From Gemmatimonadales bacterium (GTDB lineage Bacteria; Gemmatimonadota; Gemmatimonadetes; Gemmatimonadales; JACORV01): a stretch of DNA of 64,000 bases. Shown one piece after another: positions 54,759-64,000 of this stretch. The notes beneath the pieces are model-generated. The model was given only the letters and a program-made list of their open reading frames with translations, did not search any database and was not told where the DNA came from. Position 1 is the stretch's first letter. Each line of letters begins with the position of its first letter. The stretch is from contig DATJUT010000101.1 of NCBI GenBank assembly GCA_035502185.1, forward strand, positions 24,300 through 88,299. Reading direction: 5' to 3'. A program made the position numbers and the translations under genes.

Positions 54759-56339
54759 GTGCGCATCGCCGAATGGTTGGTCGCGACCGTCGCCGTGACG
54801 GCCCTCCCTCTCGACCTGCTCGCGCAGACGGGCGCCTACCGGACCACGGCGAACGGGCAGGAGATCGCCGCCGAGGCGTACCGCTGGAGCGGCAGGATCC
54901 TGGACGCGACGGTGGACGTGCCCGTGGCGGGGCACCGGATCGTGACGCGGACCGTGTACGACGCCGCGTTCGAGCCGCTGTCCTACGACCTCCGGGTCTA
55001 CGCTCTCGCCACCGGCGCCGAGCAGCAGGTCGTGCACGTGACCTTCGGCGATTCGGTCCGCTGGTCGGCCGAGGGGCACGCGGCCGGGGGCTCGCGGGCG
55101 CTCGACCGCCCGCGCGCGGTGATGCAGAACCTGCTGTGGAGCCACATGGCGGCGATGGCCCGCCGGCTGCCGGCGGGAGACGCGACGCTGACGCTGCACA
55201 CCTTCCTAGTGGACAACGCGATGGCCATCGAGGTCACCCTGGCGCGGCGTTCGGGCCGCGTGACGGCCACGTCGCTGGCCGGCGGCCGGGAGACGGAGGT
55301 GGAGCTCGCGCTGACCGCGGACGGCGACATCGACACCGCGGCGGTCCCGAGCCAGGCCCTGGTGATCCGCCGGGTGAGCGCGGACAGTGTCTCGGCCTCG
55401 CACCCGCTGGTGGTGCACGCGCCCACCCCGCCGCCCGCCGGGGTGGCGGAGGAGCCGTACGCCTGGAGCGACGGACCGCAGCCGCTCGCCGGCACGCTGG
55501 CGCGGCCGGCGCAGGCGCCGGGCCGGATCCCCGTCGCGCTGATCATCGCCGGCTCCGGACCGACCGACCGCGACGGGAATTCGCAGCTCGGCTTCCACAT
55601 GGACGTGTACAAGAAGCTCGCGTGGGCGCTGGCCCAGCAGGGCATCGCGAGCGTGCGCTACGACAAGCGCGGCATCGGGGCTTCGCCGTTCACCGGTGAT
55701 CGCTCGATGGTGGCCTTCGACGACTTCACCGACGACGCGGTGGCGGGCGCCCGGGCGCTGGCGGCAGACCCCCGCTTCTCCAGGGTGGTGCTGATCGGGC
55801 ACAGCGAGGGTGCGCTGCTGGCCGAGCGCGCGGCCAACGCCGGCGCGCCGGTGGCGGGCGTGGTGATGCTCGCGGGGATGGGCCGGCGCTTCACCGTGGT
55901 GCTGCACGAGCAGATGGCGCAGCAGCTCGACGGCGCCCGGCTCGCGGCTTACGACAGCCTGATGGCGCTGTTCCTGGGCTCCGGCCCGATGCCGGAGGTG
56001 CCGGCCGACCTCCGCAGCCTGCTGCATCCGTCGGTCCGCCGGTTCATCCAGACCGAAAGCGCGGTGGATCCGGCCGCTGAAGCCCGGCGGCTCCCGGTGC
56101 CGCTGCTGGTGGTGCAGGGCGCCACGGACATCCAGGTCAGCGTGCGGGACGCGGAGGCGCTGCGGGCGGCGCAGCCGGCAGCCGAGGTGCACATCCTGCC
56201 CGAGGCCAACCACCTGTTCGTGCACATCGCCACGCGCGACCGCGCGGCGCAGCTCGTCACCTACAACGACCCGTCGCTGCCGCTGGTGCCGGAGCTGGTG
56301 CCGCTGGTGGCGGCGTTCGTGGAGCGGGTGGCGCGCTAG
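54759..56339 (+). CDS. Secreted alpha/beta hydrolase with N-terminal uncharacterised domain
   Basis: Signal peptide. GHSEG nucleophile elbow. LVVQGATD and ANHLF (Asp/His regions). Confidence 0.8.
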   Translation: MRIAEWLVATVAVTALPLDLLAQTGAYRTTANGQEIAAEAYRWSGRILDATVDVPVAGHRIVTRTVYDAAFEPLSYDLRVYALATGAEQQVVHVTFGDSVRWSAEGHAAGGSRALDRPRAVMQNLLWSHMAAMARRLPAGDATLTLHTFLVDNAMAIEVTLARRSGRVTATSLAGGRETEVELALTADGDIDTAAVPSQALVIRRVSADSVSASHPLVVHAPTPPPAGVAEEPYAWSDGPQPLAGTLARPAQAPGRIPVALIIAGSGPTDRDGNSQLGFHMDVYKKLAWALAQQGIASVRYDKRGIGASPFTGDRSMVAFDDFTDDAVAGARALAADPRFSRVVLIGHSEGALLAERAANAGAPVAGVVMLAGMGRRFTVVLHEQMAQQLDGARLAAYDSLMALFLGSGPMPEVPADLRSLLHPSVRRFIQTESAVDPAAEARRLPVPLLVVQGATDIQVSVRDAEALRAAQPAAEVHILPEANHLFVHIATRDRAAQLVTYNDPSLPLVPELVPLVAAFVERVAR

Positions 56340-56382
56340 CGGGCGCGGCGCCGCGGCGGCGGCGCGGTTCCCGGACCGGGAC

Positions 56383-57552
56383 CTAGTCCGCGGCGCGCAG
56401 CAGGGCGGCCTTGAGGTAACCCGTCTCGGGGATCGTCACGATCTCGGGGTGGTCGGCCGCGGCGCCGCGGATCTCGAGCAGCTGCAGGCGGCGGCCGCTG
56501 TCGGCAGCGGCGTCGGCGAGCATCGCGAAGAAATCGCCGCGGTGCACGTGGTGCGAGCACGAGGCGGTGAACAGCAGCCCGCCGGGTGCGAGCAGTTGCA
56601 TCGCCCGGAGGTTCACTTCCTTGTAGCCGGAGAGGGCGCGGGGCAGCGAGCGACGGTCGCGGGCGAAGGCCGGTGGGTCGAGCACCACGACGTCGAAGCG
56701 CTCGCCGGCTGCCGCGGTCTCCTTCAGCCAGTCGAACGCGTTCGCCTCGACGGTGCGCACCGACGCGAGCCCGTTCAGCGCGGCGTTGCGGGCGATCCGG
56801 CCCACCGCATCGGCCGAGATCTCGACGGCGACGACTTCCCGCGCGCCGCCCGCCGCCAGGTGGAGCGCGAACCCGCCGTGGTACGCGAAGGCGTCGAGGC
56901 ATCGTCCGCGGGCCAGCGAGCCCACGAGCCGCCGGTTGTCGCGCTGGTCGAGGAACGCCCCCGTCTTCTGGCCGGTCCACGGCGCGGCGAGAAAGCGGAC
57001 GCCGGGCGCCTCGGTGATCTCGATCTCCTGGGGCACCTCCCCGAAGGCGAGCGTGGTCTCCCTGGGCAGCCGCTCGCGCTCCCGCACGGCGGCGTCGTTC
57101 CGCAGCAGCAGGCCGCTCGGCGCGAGCACCTCGCGGATGGCGGCGATCACGTCGTCCCGCACGGCGTCGAGGCCCGCCGAGAGGAGCTGCGCCACCGCGC
57201 AGTCGCCGTAGCGGTCCACGATCAACGACGGGAGCCCGTCGCCCTCGGCGTGCACCACCCGGAACGCACCGTCGCCGGTGTCCCCGCGGCGCTCCGCCGC
57301 CGCGGCGATCATCGCCGCCCACCAGGAGCCGGCCACGGTGGTGCCTTCGGGGGCGAGCCAGCGGGCGCGAATCTCCGAGGCCGGCGAGAACAGCGCGGTG
57401 CCGAGGCCCTTGCCGCGCTCGTCCACGAGTCTGGCGAGCCCGGGCTCCGCGGAGTCGGCCTCGCGAACGTCGGAGCGGAAGATCCAGGGGTGGCCGGCCC
57501 GCAGGCGCCCCACGCCGCGGGGAGCGACGACCAGCGTCGTGTGGGAAGTCAT
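56383..57552 (-). CDS. rlmI: Class I SAM-dependent rRNA methyltransferase, RlmI-like
   Basis: N-terminal PUA-like region with GHPWIFRSDV. Methyltransferase core CLDAFAYHGGFALH and VVLDPPAF. Confidence 0.8.
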   Translation of the reverse strand: MTSHTTLVVAPRGVGRLRAGHPWIFRSDVREADSAEPGLARLVDERGKGLGTALFSPASEIRARWLAPEGTTVAGSWWAAMIAAAAERRGDTGDGAFRVVHAEGDGLPSLIVDRYGDCAVAQLLSAGLDAVRDDVIAAIREVLAPSGLLLRNDAAVRERERLPRETTLAFGEVPQEIEITEAPGVRFLAAPWTGQKTGAFLDQRDNRRLVGSLARGRCLDAFAYHGGFALHLAAGGAREVVAVEISADAVGRIARNAALNGLASVRTVEANAFDWLKETAAAGERFDVVVLDPPAFARDRRSLPRALSGYKEVNLRAMQLLAPGGLLFTASCSHHVHRGDFFAMLADAAADSGRRLQLLEIRGAAADHPEIVTIPETGYLKAALLRAAD

Positions 57553-58181
57553 CGGCCGAGGGCGGCCCGCAGGTCGCGCGCAGCGCGCGCCGGGTCCGGG
57601 GCGTCGAGGACGGCCCTGATCACTGCGACGCCGCCGGCTCCGGCGGCCACCAGCGCCGGCACCAGCGCCGCGGTGACGCCGCCGATCGCGACCGCCGGGA
57701 CGCCGGGCGCGGCGGCGTGGATCCGGCGGAACCCATCCACCCCGATGGACGCACCGGCGTCCGCCTTGCTGGCGGTCGGGGCGACCGCGCCGATGCCCAG
57801 GTAGTGGGCGCCGGCGGCCGCCGCGCGCACCGCCTCCTCCGGGGTGCCGGCCGAGCCGCCGAGCCAGAAGCCGGCGGGCGCCAGGGCGAGCGCCGCGTCG
57901 ATCGGGAGGTCGTCCTGTCCCAGGTGGCAGCCGGCCGCGCCGGTGGCGAGGGCGACGTCGAGCCGGTCGTTCACCACGACCGGCAGGGGGGCGGCTCGCA
58001 TCACCCGGTGGACCAGGTCTGCGAGGTCGCGGGCCGGGGCGTCCTTCGCTCGCACCTGGAGCATCGTCGCGCCGCCCTCGGCGGCACGTGCGCCGATCGC
58101 CGCGAGGTCGCGGCCCTTGCCGACCCCGACGTCGAGGATCACGACCAGGCGCAGCGCGTCCGCCAGCGGCGGCGCGCTCAC
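57549..58181 (-). CDS. thiE: Thiamine-phosphate synthase
   Basis: GTG 58181 (GTGA overlap). LQVRAKD, VNDRLDVALA, HLGQDDLP, and the GGV..A.. C-terminal blocks. Confidence 0.88.
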   Translation of the reverse strand: MSAPPLADALRLVVILDVGVGKGRDLAAIGARAAEGGATMLQVRAKDAPARDLADLVHRVMRAAPLPVVVNDRLDVALATGAAGCHLGQDDLPIDAALALAPAGFWLGGSAGTPEEAVRAAAAGAHYLGIGAVAPTASKADAGASIGVDGFRRIHAAAPGVPAVAIGGVTAALVPALVAAGAGGVAVIRAVLDAPDPARAARDLRAALGR

Positions 58182-59380
58182 GGGAGGGGCGGGTGCGTCG
58201 CGGCGCTGTCCAATCTGGCCGGCCCGCCGGCGACGGGCGGCGGCAGCCGGCGCAGCTGCTGGGCGGCGCGGATCGCCGCGATGCTGTCGTGCCGCGCGAC
58301 CCTCAGGCTCTCCGCTCTCGCGGCGATGGCGGCGGCGCGCAGCTGGCGGGCGACGCGCACCGAATCGGCGTGTTGTGCGGCGGTCGCGCTGAACATGTGG
58401 GTCCCGTCGGGACGCGCCACGAAGAACAGGAAGTCGTGCTTGGCGGGCCACAGCACCGCGAGGATGCTGGCGCGACCGGGCGAGTCGATCGGCCCGGGCG
58501 GCAGTCCCGTGTGGAGGTAGGTGTTGTACGGGGACCGCACCTGGAGATCCCGGAGCAACACCCGGTTGACGTGGCGGCCGAGCGCGTAGATGACCGTGGG
58601 GTCGGCCTCCAGCTTCATCGGGTGCCTGCGCGTGAGCCGGTTGTAGTAGACGCCGGCGATCAGCTGGCGCTCGAAGTGGCGCCGCGCCTCCGCCTCGACG
58701 ATGCTTGCGAGCGTGACGACCTGGTGCCGGGTGAGTCCCAGCTGCCGGGCACGAGCGTCCCAGGCGGTGTCCCACTGCGACGCGAACTGCTGCACCATCT
58801 GGGCGACCAGCTGCTCGGCCGAGGCGCCGAACACCACCCGGTACGTCTCCGGGAAGAGGTAGCCCTCCAGGGTGGGATCGTTCGGCGGGATGCCGAGCGA
58901 GGCCCGCAGCGCGGGATCCCGCGTGGCCGCCAGGAAGGCGGCGGTGTCCATCCCGAGCCGCTGCGCCGCCGCCTCGGCCATCTCGCGGATGGTGTAGCCC
59001 TCGGGCACGGTGAACAGGTCGTCGTCGGTGCGGCCCGTGATCATGGCGCCGAGAATGGTGCGCGTCCGCTCGCCGACGGGGAAGTCGTAGCGTCCGGGCC
59101 GCAGGTGGCGGTCGAGGCCGCGGTACTGGCCCACGAACAGCGCGAGCAGGCGGGCCTGGAGCAGGAAGCGGCCCGGCGAGGCGATGATGCGGTGGGCGGC
59201 GAGCGATTCGGCCACCGTTCTCAGGGAGGCCCGCTTGGGCACGATGATGCGGTCGTGCGGGGCGTTGGCCGCGGGCCCGCAGGCGGCCAGCAGCAGGCAC
59301 AGCGCGAGGCGCGAGGCCGCGCCGGGGCCGCGGCGGCCGGCCCGCCCGGGGACGTGGCCGGGAGCCGGCGGGGTCCTCAC
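58178..59380 (-). CDS. mltG: Endolytic murein transglycosylase MltG (YceG-like)
   Basis: N-terminal anchor. ASIVEAE catalytic region and [18 protein letters not shown] signature. Confidence 0.88.
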   Translation of the reverse strand: MRTPPAPGHVPGRAGRRGPGAASRLALCLLLAACGPAANAPHDRIIVPKRASLRTVAESLAAHRIIASPGRFLLQARLLALFVGQYRGLDRHLRPGRYDFPVGERTRTILGAMITGRTDDDLFTVPEGYTIREMAEAAAQRLGMDTAAFLAATRDPALRASLGIPPNDPTLEGYLFPETYRVVFGASAEQLVAQMVQQFASQWDTAWDARARQLGLTRHQVVTLASIVEAEARRHFERQLIAGVYYNRLTRRHPMKLEADPTVIYALGRHVNRVLLRDLQVRSPYNTYLHTGLPPGPIDSPGRASILAVLWPAKHDFLFFVARPDGTHMFSATAAQHADSVRVARQLRAAAIAARAESLRVARHDSIAAIRAAQQLRRLPPPVAGGPARLDSAATHPPLP

Positions 59381-59811
59381 GCGTCCGTCGCGGGCATCCG
59401 GGTGTGCCGCTGCGCGTCGAGGAAGTGCTGGAGGATGGCCACCGCGGCCATCTGGTCGATCCGCTCGCGCGAATCCCGGTCCTTGACGCCCGCCGCGCGG
59501 GCCGAGCGCAGGGCCGCGGCGGTCGAGAGCCGCTCGTCCCAGTAGGTCACGGGCACGCCGGAGCGGCGCGTCACGGCCTCGCCCACCTCGCGCGCCGCGC
59601 GTGCGGCGTCGCCCTCGGCGCCGTCCGGGTCGAGCGGCAGGCCCACCACCACCAGCGTGACCTGGTGGCGCCGGGCGAGGTCGACGATGTCGGCGACGGG
59701 AGCGCGGTGGTTGGCGCGGCGGGTCAGGGTGACGAGGGGTTGGGCGATGAGCCGGGTCGGATCGGAGAGGGCGAGGCCGAAACGCCTGCGGCCCCAGTCC
59801 ACGGCCAGCAC
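59377..59811 (-). CDS. ruvX: Holliday junction resolvase-like pre-16S rRNA nuclease RuvX/YqgF
   Basis: (M)[17 protein letters not shown]-terminus, VVGLPL, and DERLST...IDQMAA blocks. Alternative GTG start at 59865. Confidence 0.85.
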   Translation of the reverse strand: MLAVDWGRRRFGLALSDPTRLIAQPLVTLTRRANHRAPVADIVDLARRHQVTLVVVGLPLDPDGAEGDAARAAREVGEAVTRRSGVPVTYWDERLSTAAALRSARAAGVKDRDSRERIDQMAAVAILQHFLDAQRHTRMPATDA

Positions 59812-59870
59812 GCGTCCGCCCCCCGGATCCCCGTCTCCCGCCGGCCGCGACTCTCCGGGCGACACCGGGG

Positions 59871-61121
59871 CTACCCCTGGGCCATCGTCGCGAAGAATTC
59901 CTTGTTGTTCTTGGTCCGCTTCATCCGCTCGATCAGGAACTCGATGGCCTCGACCGGCGGCATGTCGGCCAGGAACTTCCGCAGCAGGTACATCCGGTTC
60001 AGCTCGTCGGGCGGCAGCAGCAGCTCTTCCTTCCGGGTGGCGCTCTTCTGCACGTCGATCGCGGGCCAGATCCGCCGCTCGCTGATCTTGCGGTCCAGCA
60101 CCAGCTCCATGTTGCCGGTGCCCTTGAACTCCTCGAAGATCACCTCGTCCATCCGGCTGCCGGTCTCGATCAGCGCGGTGCCGACGATGGTGAGCGACCC
60201 GCCGCCCTCGATGTTGCGTGCGGCCCCGAAGAACCGCTTGGGCTTGTGCAGGGCGTTGGCGTCCACGCCGCCGGAGAGGATCTTGCCCGAGTGCGGGACC
60301 ACCACGTTGTGGGCCCGTGCCAGGCGCGTGATCGAGTCCAGCAGGATCACCACGTCCTTGCCGGACTCCACCAGCCGCTTGGCCTTCTCCAGCACCATGT
60401 CCGAGACCTGCACGTGCCGGTCGGCCGGCTCGTCGAAGGTCGAGGAGATCACCTCGGCCTTCACGTTCTCCTCCATGTCCGTCACTTCCTCGGGCCGCTC
60501 GTCGATCAGCAGCACGATGAGGACGCACTCGGGATGATTCTCGGTGATGGAGTTCGCCAGCTTCTGCAGCAGGATCGTCTTGCCGGCCTTGGGCGGCGAG
60601 CTGATCAGCGCCCGCTGACCCTTGCCGATCGGCGCCAGCATGTCGATCACCCGCATCGAGAGGTCGTTGTCCTTGCGCTCGAGGCGCAGCCGCTCGTCGG
60701 GGTAGCGCGGGCGCAGGTTGTCGAACGCGATGCGGTGCTTGGCCTTCTCCGGCTCGTCGCCGTTGACCGTCTCGACCTTGAGCAGGGCGAGGTAGCGCTC
60801 GCCCTCCTTGGGCGGCCGGACCTGGCCGAGGATCGTGTCGCCGGTGCGGAGGTCGAAGCGCTTGATCTGGCTGGGGGAGACGTAGATGTCGTCGGGGCCG
60901 TACAGGTAGTTCCAGTCCTGGCTGCGGAGGAACCCGTAGCCCTCCGGGAGGATCTCCAGCACCCCCTCGCCGCGCAGGACCGTGTCGGAGTCGAGCAGGT
61001 TCTGCTCGATCCGGAAGATCAGGTCCTGCTTCCTGAGGCCCGAGTAGTTGGTGATGTTCAGCTCTTCCGCCATCGCGTGCAGCTCCGCGACGGACTTCTT
61101 CTTGAGTTCGGCGATGTCCAC
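59871..61121 (-). CDS. rho: Transcription termination factor Rho
   Basis: N-terminal [18 protein letters not shown], an RNA-binding OB domain, Walker A PPKAGKT and a RecA-type core. 416 aa. Confidence 0.97.
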   Translation of the reverse strand: MDIAELKKKSVAELHAMAEELNITNYSGLRKQDLIFRIEQNLLDSDTVLRGEGVLEILPEGYGFLRSQDWNYLYGPDDIYVSPSQIKRFDLRTGDTILGQVRPPKEGERYLALLKVETVNGDEPEKAKHRIAFDNLRPRYPDERLRLERKDNDLSMRVIDMLAPIGKGQRALISSPPKAGKTILLQKLANSITENHPECVLIVLLIDERPEEVTDMEENVKAEVISSTFDEPADRHVQVSDMVLEKAKRLVESGKDVVILLDSITRLARAHNVVVPHSGKILSGGVDANALHKPKRFFGAARNIEGGGSLTIVGTALIETGSRMDEVIFEEFKGTGNMELVLDRKISERRIWPAIDVQKSATRKEELLLPPDELNRMYLLRKFLADMPPVEAIEFLIERMKRTKNNKEFFATMAQG

Positions 61122-61263
61122 GGGATGGAGACTCCGGGTGTGGTGCGGGAGGCGGAGGGCTCAGCCCTCTGCCCGGTGAACCCTCACAGTGTGGAAGCGC
61201 GAGGCCGGCAGCGCGGCCAGCCCAGAAAGCAGTGCGGTAGTGGGGTTGGTTTGCGAGCAACTG

Positions 61264-61292
61264 ATTATAGAGCAGCGAGATAGGGTGGTCAA
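61264..61292 (-). promoter_or_regulatory. Sigma-70 promoter of rho (TTGACC-N17-TATAAT)
   Basis: The minus strand reads TTGACCaccctatctcgctgctcTATAAT. This implies a rho leader of about 135 nt. Confidence 0.55.
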
Positions 61293-61367
61293 GAGCGGCG
61301 CGCGCCGGACGCGCGCGCTCGTCGGGCGGCCGGGGCCGGCGGGCCGGCGATCTCCGGTTCCGGAATA

Positions 61368-61395
61368 TTGCGTGGGTCTCGTAACTCGTTATATT
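61368..61395 (+). promoter_or_regulatory. Sigma-70-like promoter TTGCGT-N16-TATATT
   Basis: Read directly, about 70 nt upstream of ATG 61465. Confidence 0.4.
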
Positions 61396-61464
61396 GCTTC
61401 AAACTCGGACCTTCCGGCGGTTCAGGTCCGGGTTCGGACGCCCCCTCACGCTTCGGAGCCTCCG

Positions 61465-61752
61465 ATGCCGCTGCCACAGCCGCGCCCCAGCGCCCCCGAT
61501 CCCACCGAGCCGGTGTTGCACGACCTGGCCCCCATCCGCTACGAGGGGGTCGCCATCGGCGTCCAGCTCGGCGTGCGCAGGAGCGAAGACGGCATCTGGC
61601 GCGGCCGGCTGCACTTCTTCGAGAGCGGCGCGATCGACGAGCGGGTCACCGCCGAGATCTTCTGCGCCACTTCGGAGCAGGACCTGTGGCAGGCGGTGCG
61701 CGACCTCCGGGAGCACCACCTTCGCGACCTCTACCGCTCGCTGGCGACGTAG
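61465..61752 (+). CDS. Hypothetical 95-aa protein
   Basis: ATG with an upstream GGAG. MPLPQPRPSAPDPTEPVLHDLAPIRYEGVAIGVQLG.... Coding-type codon bias and no recognised motif. Confidence 0.5.
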   Translation: MPLPQPRPSAPDPTEPVLHDLAPIRYEGVAIGVQLGVRRSEDGIWRGRLHFFESGAIDERVTAEIFCATSEQDLWQAVRDLREHHLRDLYRSLAT

Positions 61753-61760
61753 CGCCCGCG

Positions 61761-61961
61761 ATGCCGGCCCCGGAATCCGACGTCATCCGCAAGCTGCGGC
61801 ACGATCTCTCGAACCCGCTGGCCGCGATCCTCGCCGAGGCGCAGCTGCTGCTGTTGAACGAGGCCACGCTCGACGCCGAGACGGTCGAGGGTCTCCGCGA
61901 GATCGAGAGCCTGGCGCGGCGGATGCGGGAGATGCTCGCCGCGACCCGGACGGCGGACTAG
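61761..61961 (+). CDS. Stand-alone HisKA (DHp) domain microprotein, 66 aa
   Basis: H-box KLRHDLSNPLAAILAEAQLL followed by a second helix. No ATPase domain, TM helix or receiver. Confidence 0.6.
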   Translation: MPAPESDVIRKLRHDLSNPLAAILAEAQLLLLNEATLDAETVEGLREIESLARRMREMLAATRTAD

Positions 61962-62000
61962 CCACGCCGAACCTGCCCGCGCCCCCGGCGCATCCGCGCG

Positions 62001-64000
62001 ATGACTGACGATCTGCTGACCACCACCCGGGACGACCTCAGGGCGTGGGACGTGCCGCGCCACGCGCCGCTGGTGGCGCTGCGGTCGACCCACGTCTTCC
62101 CGCTGGGCGTGGCCGCGGTGCAGGTCACCAGCGGCACCAACGTCGCGGCCATCCGCTCGCTGTCGCGCGCGCAGAGCGTGGTGGTGATCGTGCGCGGCGA
62201 CGCGGCCGGCGCCGCGCCGGCGGCGTTCGTCGGGAAGATCGGCGTGGCCGCCGGGGTGCTGGACCGGATGAACCTCGCCGACGAGGCGGTGCAGGTCACC
62301 TTCCAGGGCAAGCGCCGGGTGCGCATCGCGGGGGTCTCGACCGACGGGCCGTGGCCGGTGGCGGAGGTCGTCCCGGTGCCGCCGCTGGAGGAGTCGCGGC
62401 CGGAGCTGGACCAGCGCATCGGCGCGGTGCTGCGGCTGGCCGAGACGCTGGCGGCGCTGGACCCGGCGGTGAACGCGGACCTGGTCGAGAACCTGCGGGC
62501 CAACGTGGAGGACGCGAGCCACTTCGCGGACCTCGTGGCGCAGCAGCTGCCCTTCTCGCTGGTGCAGCGCGACCGGATCGTGGCGGAGCCCGCGGCGGCG
62601 GTGCGCCTCGACCTGCTGGCGGACTTCCTGGCCGCGGCGGTCGAGCGCGCCGAGGTGCAGCGGGAGGTGGACCGGCTGACGACCCTGCAGGTGGAGCGCG
62701 GGCGGCGCGAGTACCTGCTGCGGCAGCAGCTCGAGGCGATCCGCGCGGAGCTGGGGGAGGACGACGCCCTCCGCGAGGCCCGGGAGCTCAAGGCGCGGCT
62801 CGAGGGGCTGAAGATGCCGGAGACCGCCCGCGCCGAGGCGATGCGCGAGGTCGACCGGCTCGGCCGGCTCACGCCCGCGTCGGCCGAGTACCAGGTGTCG
62901 CGCACCTACGTGGACTGGATCCTCGCCCTGCCGTGGGGGGTCGAGGTGGAGGAGCGGCACCCCGACCCGTCGGCGGTGCGCGCCGTCCTGGATCTCGGGC
63001 ACCTCGCCCTCGAGGAGGCGAAGCAGCGCATCGTCGAGTACCTCGCGGTGCGCCGGCTCGCGCCCGAGGCGCGGCCGCCGATCCTGTGCTTCGTCGGGCC
63101 GCCCGGCGTGGGGAAGACGTCGCTGGGGCGCGCGATCGCCGACGCGATGGGGCGGCCGTTCGGGCGGATGAGCCTGGGGGGCGTCGACGACGAGGCGGTG
63201 ATTCGCGGCCACCGGCGCACCTACGTGGGCGCGATGCCCGGCAAGATCGTGCAGGAGGTGAGCCGCGCCGGGGCCATGAACCCCGTGCTGATGATCGACG
63301 AGATCGACAAGCTCGGCGCCGACCGGCCCGGGCACGGGAGCCCGTCGGCGGCGCTGCTCGAGGTGCTCGACCCCGAACAGAACGTCGCCTTCGTGGACCA
63401 CTACCTCAACGTCCCGTTCGACCTGTCGCACGTGCTGTTCATCGCGACCGCCAACGCCGAGCCGCAGATCCCGGAGCCGCTGCTGGACCGGATGGAGGTC
63501 ATCGAGATTCCGGGCTACACGCCGGAGGAGAAGGTGGCGATCGCCCGCAAGTTCCTGCTGCCCGAGCTGCTGCCCGAGCACGGGCTGGGCCAGGCGGAGA
63601 TCGCGATCGACGACGACTGCCTCACGCTGCTGGTGCTCGGGTACGCCCGCGAGGCGGGGGTGCGGGGCCTCAAGCGCGACCTCGCCGCGCTGCTCCGGCA
63701 CGTCGCGACCCGCAAGGCGGCGGGCGCGGCGGGGCCGTGGACGGTGGACGCCAAGCTGATCGACGAGGTGCTCGGCCAGCCGTGGTACGTGGACGAGCGC
63801 GCGCAGGCGGTGCCCGCGGTCGGCGTCGCGAACGGCCTCGCCTGGACGGCCACCGGCGGCGATCTCCTGCCGGTCGAAGCGATCGCCATGCCCGGCACCG
63901 GCCAGTTCCAAGTCACGGGCCAGCTCGGCTCGGTGATGATGGAGTCGGTGCAGGCGGCGCTGTCGTGGGTCCGCAGCCGGGCGGACGATCTCGGGGTCCC
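62001..64000 (+). CDS. lon: ATP-dependent Lon protease (3' end outside window)
   Basis: My translation from ATG 62001 gives a Lon N-terminal domain, then Walker A GPPGVGKTS and Walker B LMIDEIDKL. The frame stays open to the window edge, and it is absent from the ORF track because no stop falls inside the window. Confidence 0.95.
   Translation, partial: MTDDLLTTTRDDLRAWDVPRHAPLVALRSTHVFPLGVAAVQVTSGTNVAAIRSLSRAQSVVVIVRGDAAGAAPAAFVGKIGVAAGVLDRMNLADEAVQVTFQGKRRVRIAGVSTDGPWPVAEVVPVPPLEESRPELDQRIGAVLRLAETLAALDPAVNADLVENLRANVEDASHFADLVAQQLPFSLVQRDRIVAEPAAAVRLDLLADFLAAAVERAEVQREVDRLTTLQVERGRREYLLRQQLEAIRAELGEDDALREARELKARLEGLKMPETARAEAMREVDRLGRLTPASAEYQVSRTYVDWILALPWGVEVEERHPDPSAVRAVLDLGHLALEEAKQRIVEYLAVRRLAPEARPPILCFVGPPGVGKTSLGRAIADAMGRPFGRMSLGGVDDEAVIRGHRRTYVGAMPGKIVQEVSRAGAMNPVLMIDEIDKLGADRPGHGSPSAALLEVLDPEQNVAFVDHYLNVPFDLSHVLFIATANAEPQIPEPLLDRMEVIEIPGYTPEEKVAIARKFLLPELLPEHGLGQAEIAIDDDCLTLLVLGYAREAGVRGLKRDLAALLRHVATRKAAGAAGPWTVDAKLIDEVLGQPWYVDERAQAVPAVGVANGLAWTATGGDLLPVEAIAMPGTGQFQVTGQLGSVMMESVQAALSWVRSRADDLGV

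Noticed and set aside
61731-63911. 726-aa minus-strand ORF
   Set aside because: It is antisense to lon, whose Walker A/B and N-domain are unambiguous on the plus strand. Lon is missing from the ORF track only because it runs off the window.

Overview
Very high-GC bacterial chromosomal window. Third codon positions are almost always G/C, and long arginine/glycine/proline-rich shadow ORFs lie antisense to most real genes. Gene content indicates a diderm organism: lipid A genes, Omp85-type and other outer-membrane barrels, and Ala-rich signal peptides ending in AAQ/GQ. It could be Gemmatimonadota-like, but I cannot verify taxonomy without a search. I support about 60 protein genes. I saw no rRNA, tRNA, CRISPR array, transposase or integrase.

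Housekeeping content:
- an MsbA-like exporter, a GT1 glycosyltransferase and an LpxL-like acyltransferase
- tyrS and PBP1A
- an argR-argG-(RmlD-like)-argH cluster with a palindromic operator
- panD, kbl-tdh and a formate dehydrogenase alpha-like subunit
- a rho / ruvX-mltG-thiE-rlmI string, and lon, which is truncated at the 3' edge

The outstanding region is about 16.5-30 kb:
- a sigma-54 two-component system (PAS histidine kinase plus a GAFTGA enhancer-binding response regulator)
- an atypical Rieske/cytochrome b operon that also encodes a monohaem c, a pentahaem c and a DOMON-like membrane protein
- a convergent four-gene porin-cytochrome module: a lipoprotein multihaem cytochrome, a NapC/NirT-fused cytochrome with about 20 haem motifs, a beta-barrel and a 16-haem cytochrome

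The module looks like an uncharacterised extracellular electron-transfer conduit. Both operons are preceded by near-identical sigma-54-type -24/-12 boxes and are separated by a very long, nearly perfect hairpin. A diverged, inverted copy of that hairpin recurs at about 38.7 kb with compensatory arm changes.

A second sigma-54 two-component system (36-38.6 kb) sits next to a third such promoter box, which drives an unusual Omp85-like/DUF4390-like pair.

Other items worth a second look:
- a 20-codon lysine-rich microORF with its own promoter-like boxes, Shine-Dalgarno sequence and terminator
- an FHA-FHA-TM-trypsin-like protease
- a patatin-ferredoxin fusion
- a stand-alone HisKA (DHp) microprotein upstream of lon

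All calls rest on reading motifs in the supplied translations and the DNA by eye. No database or HMM search was run.
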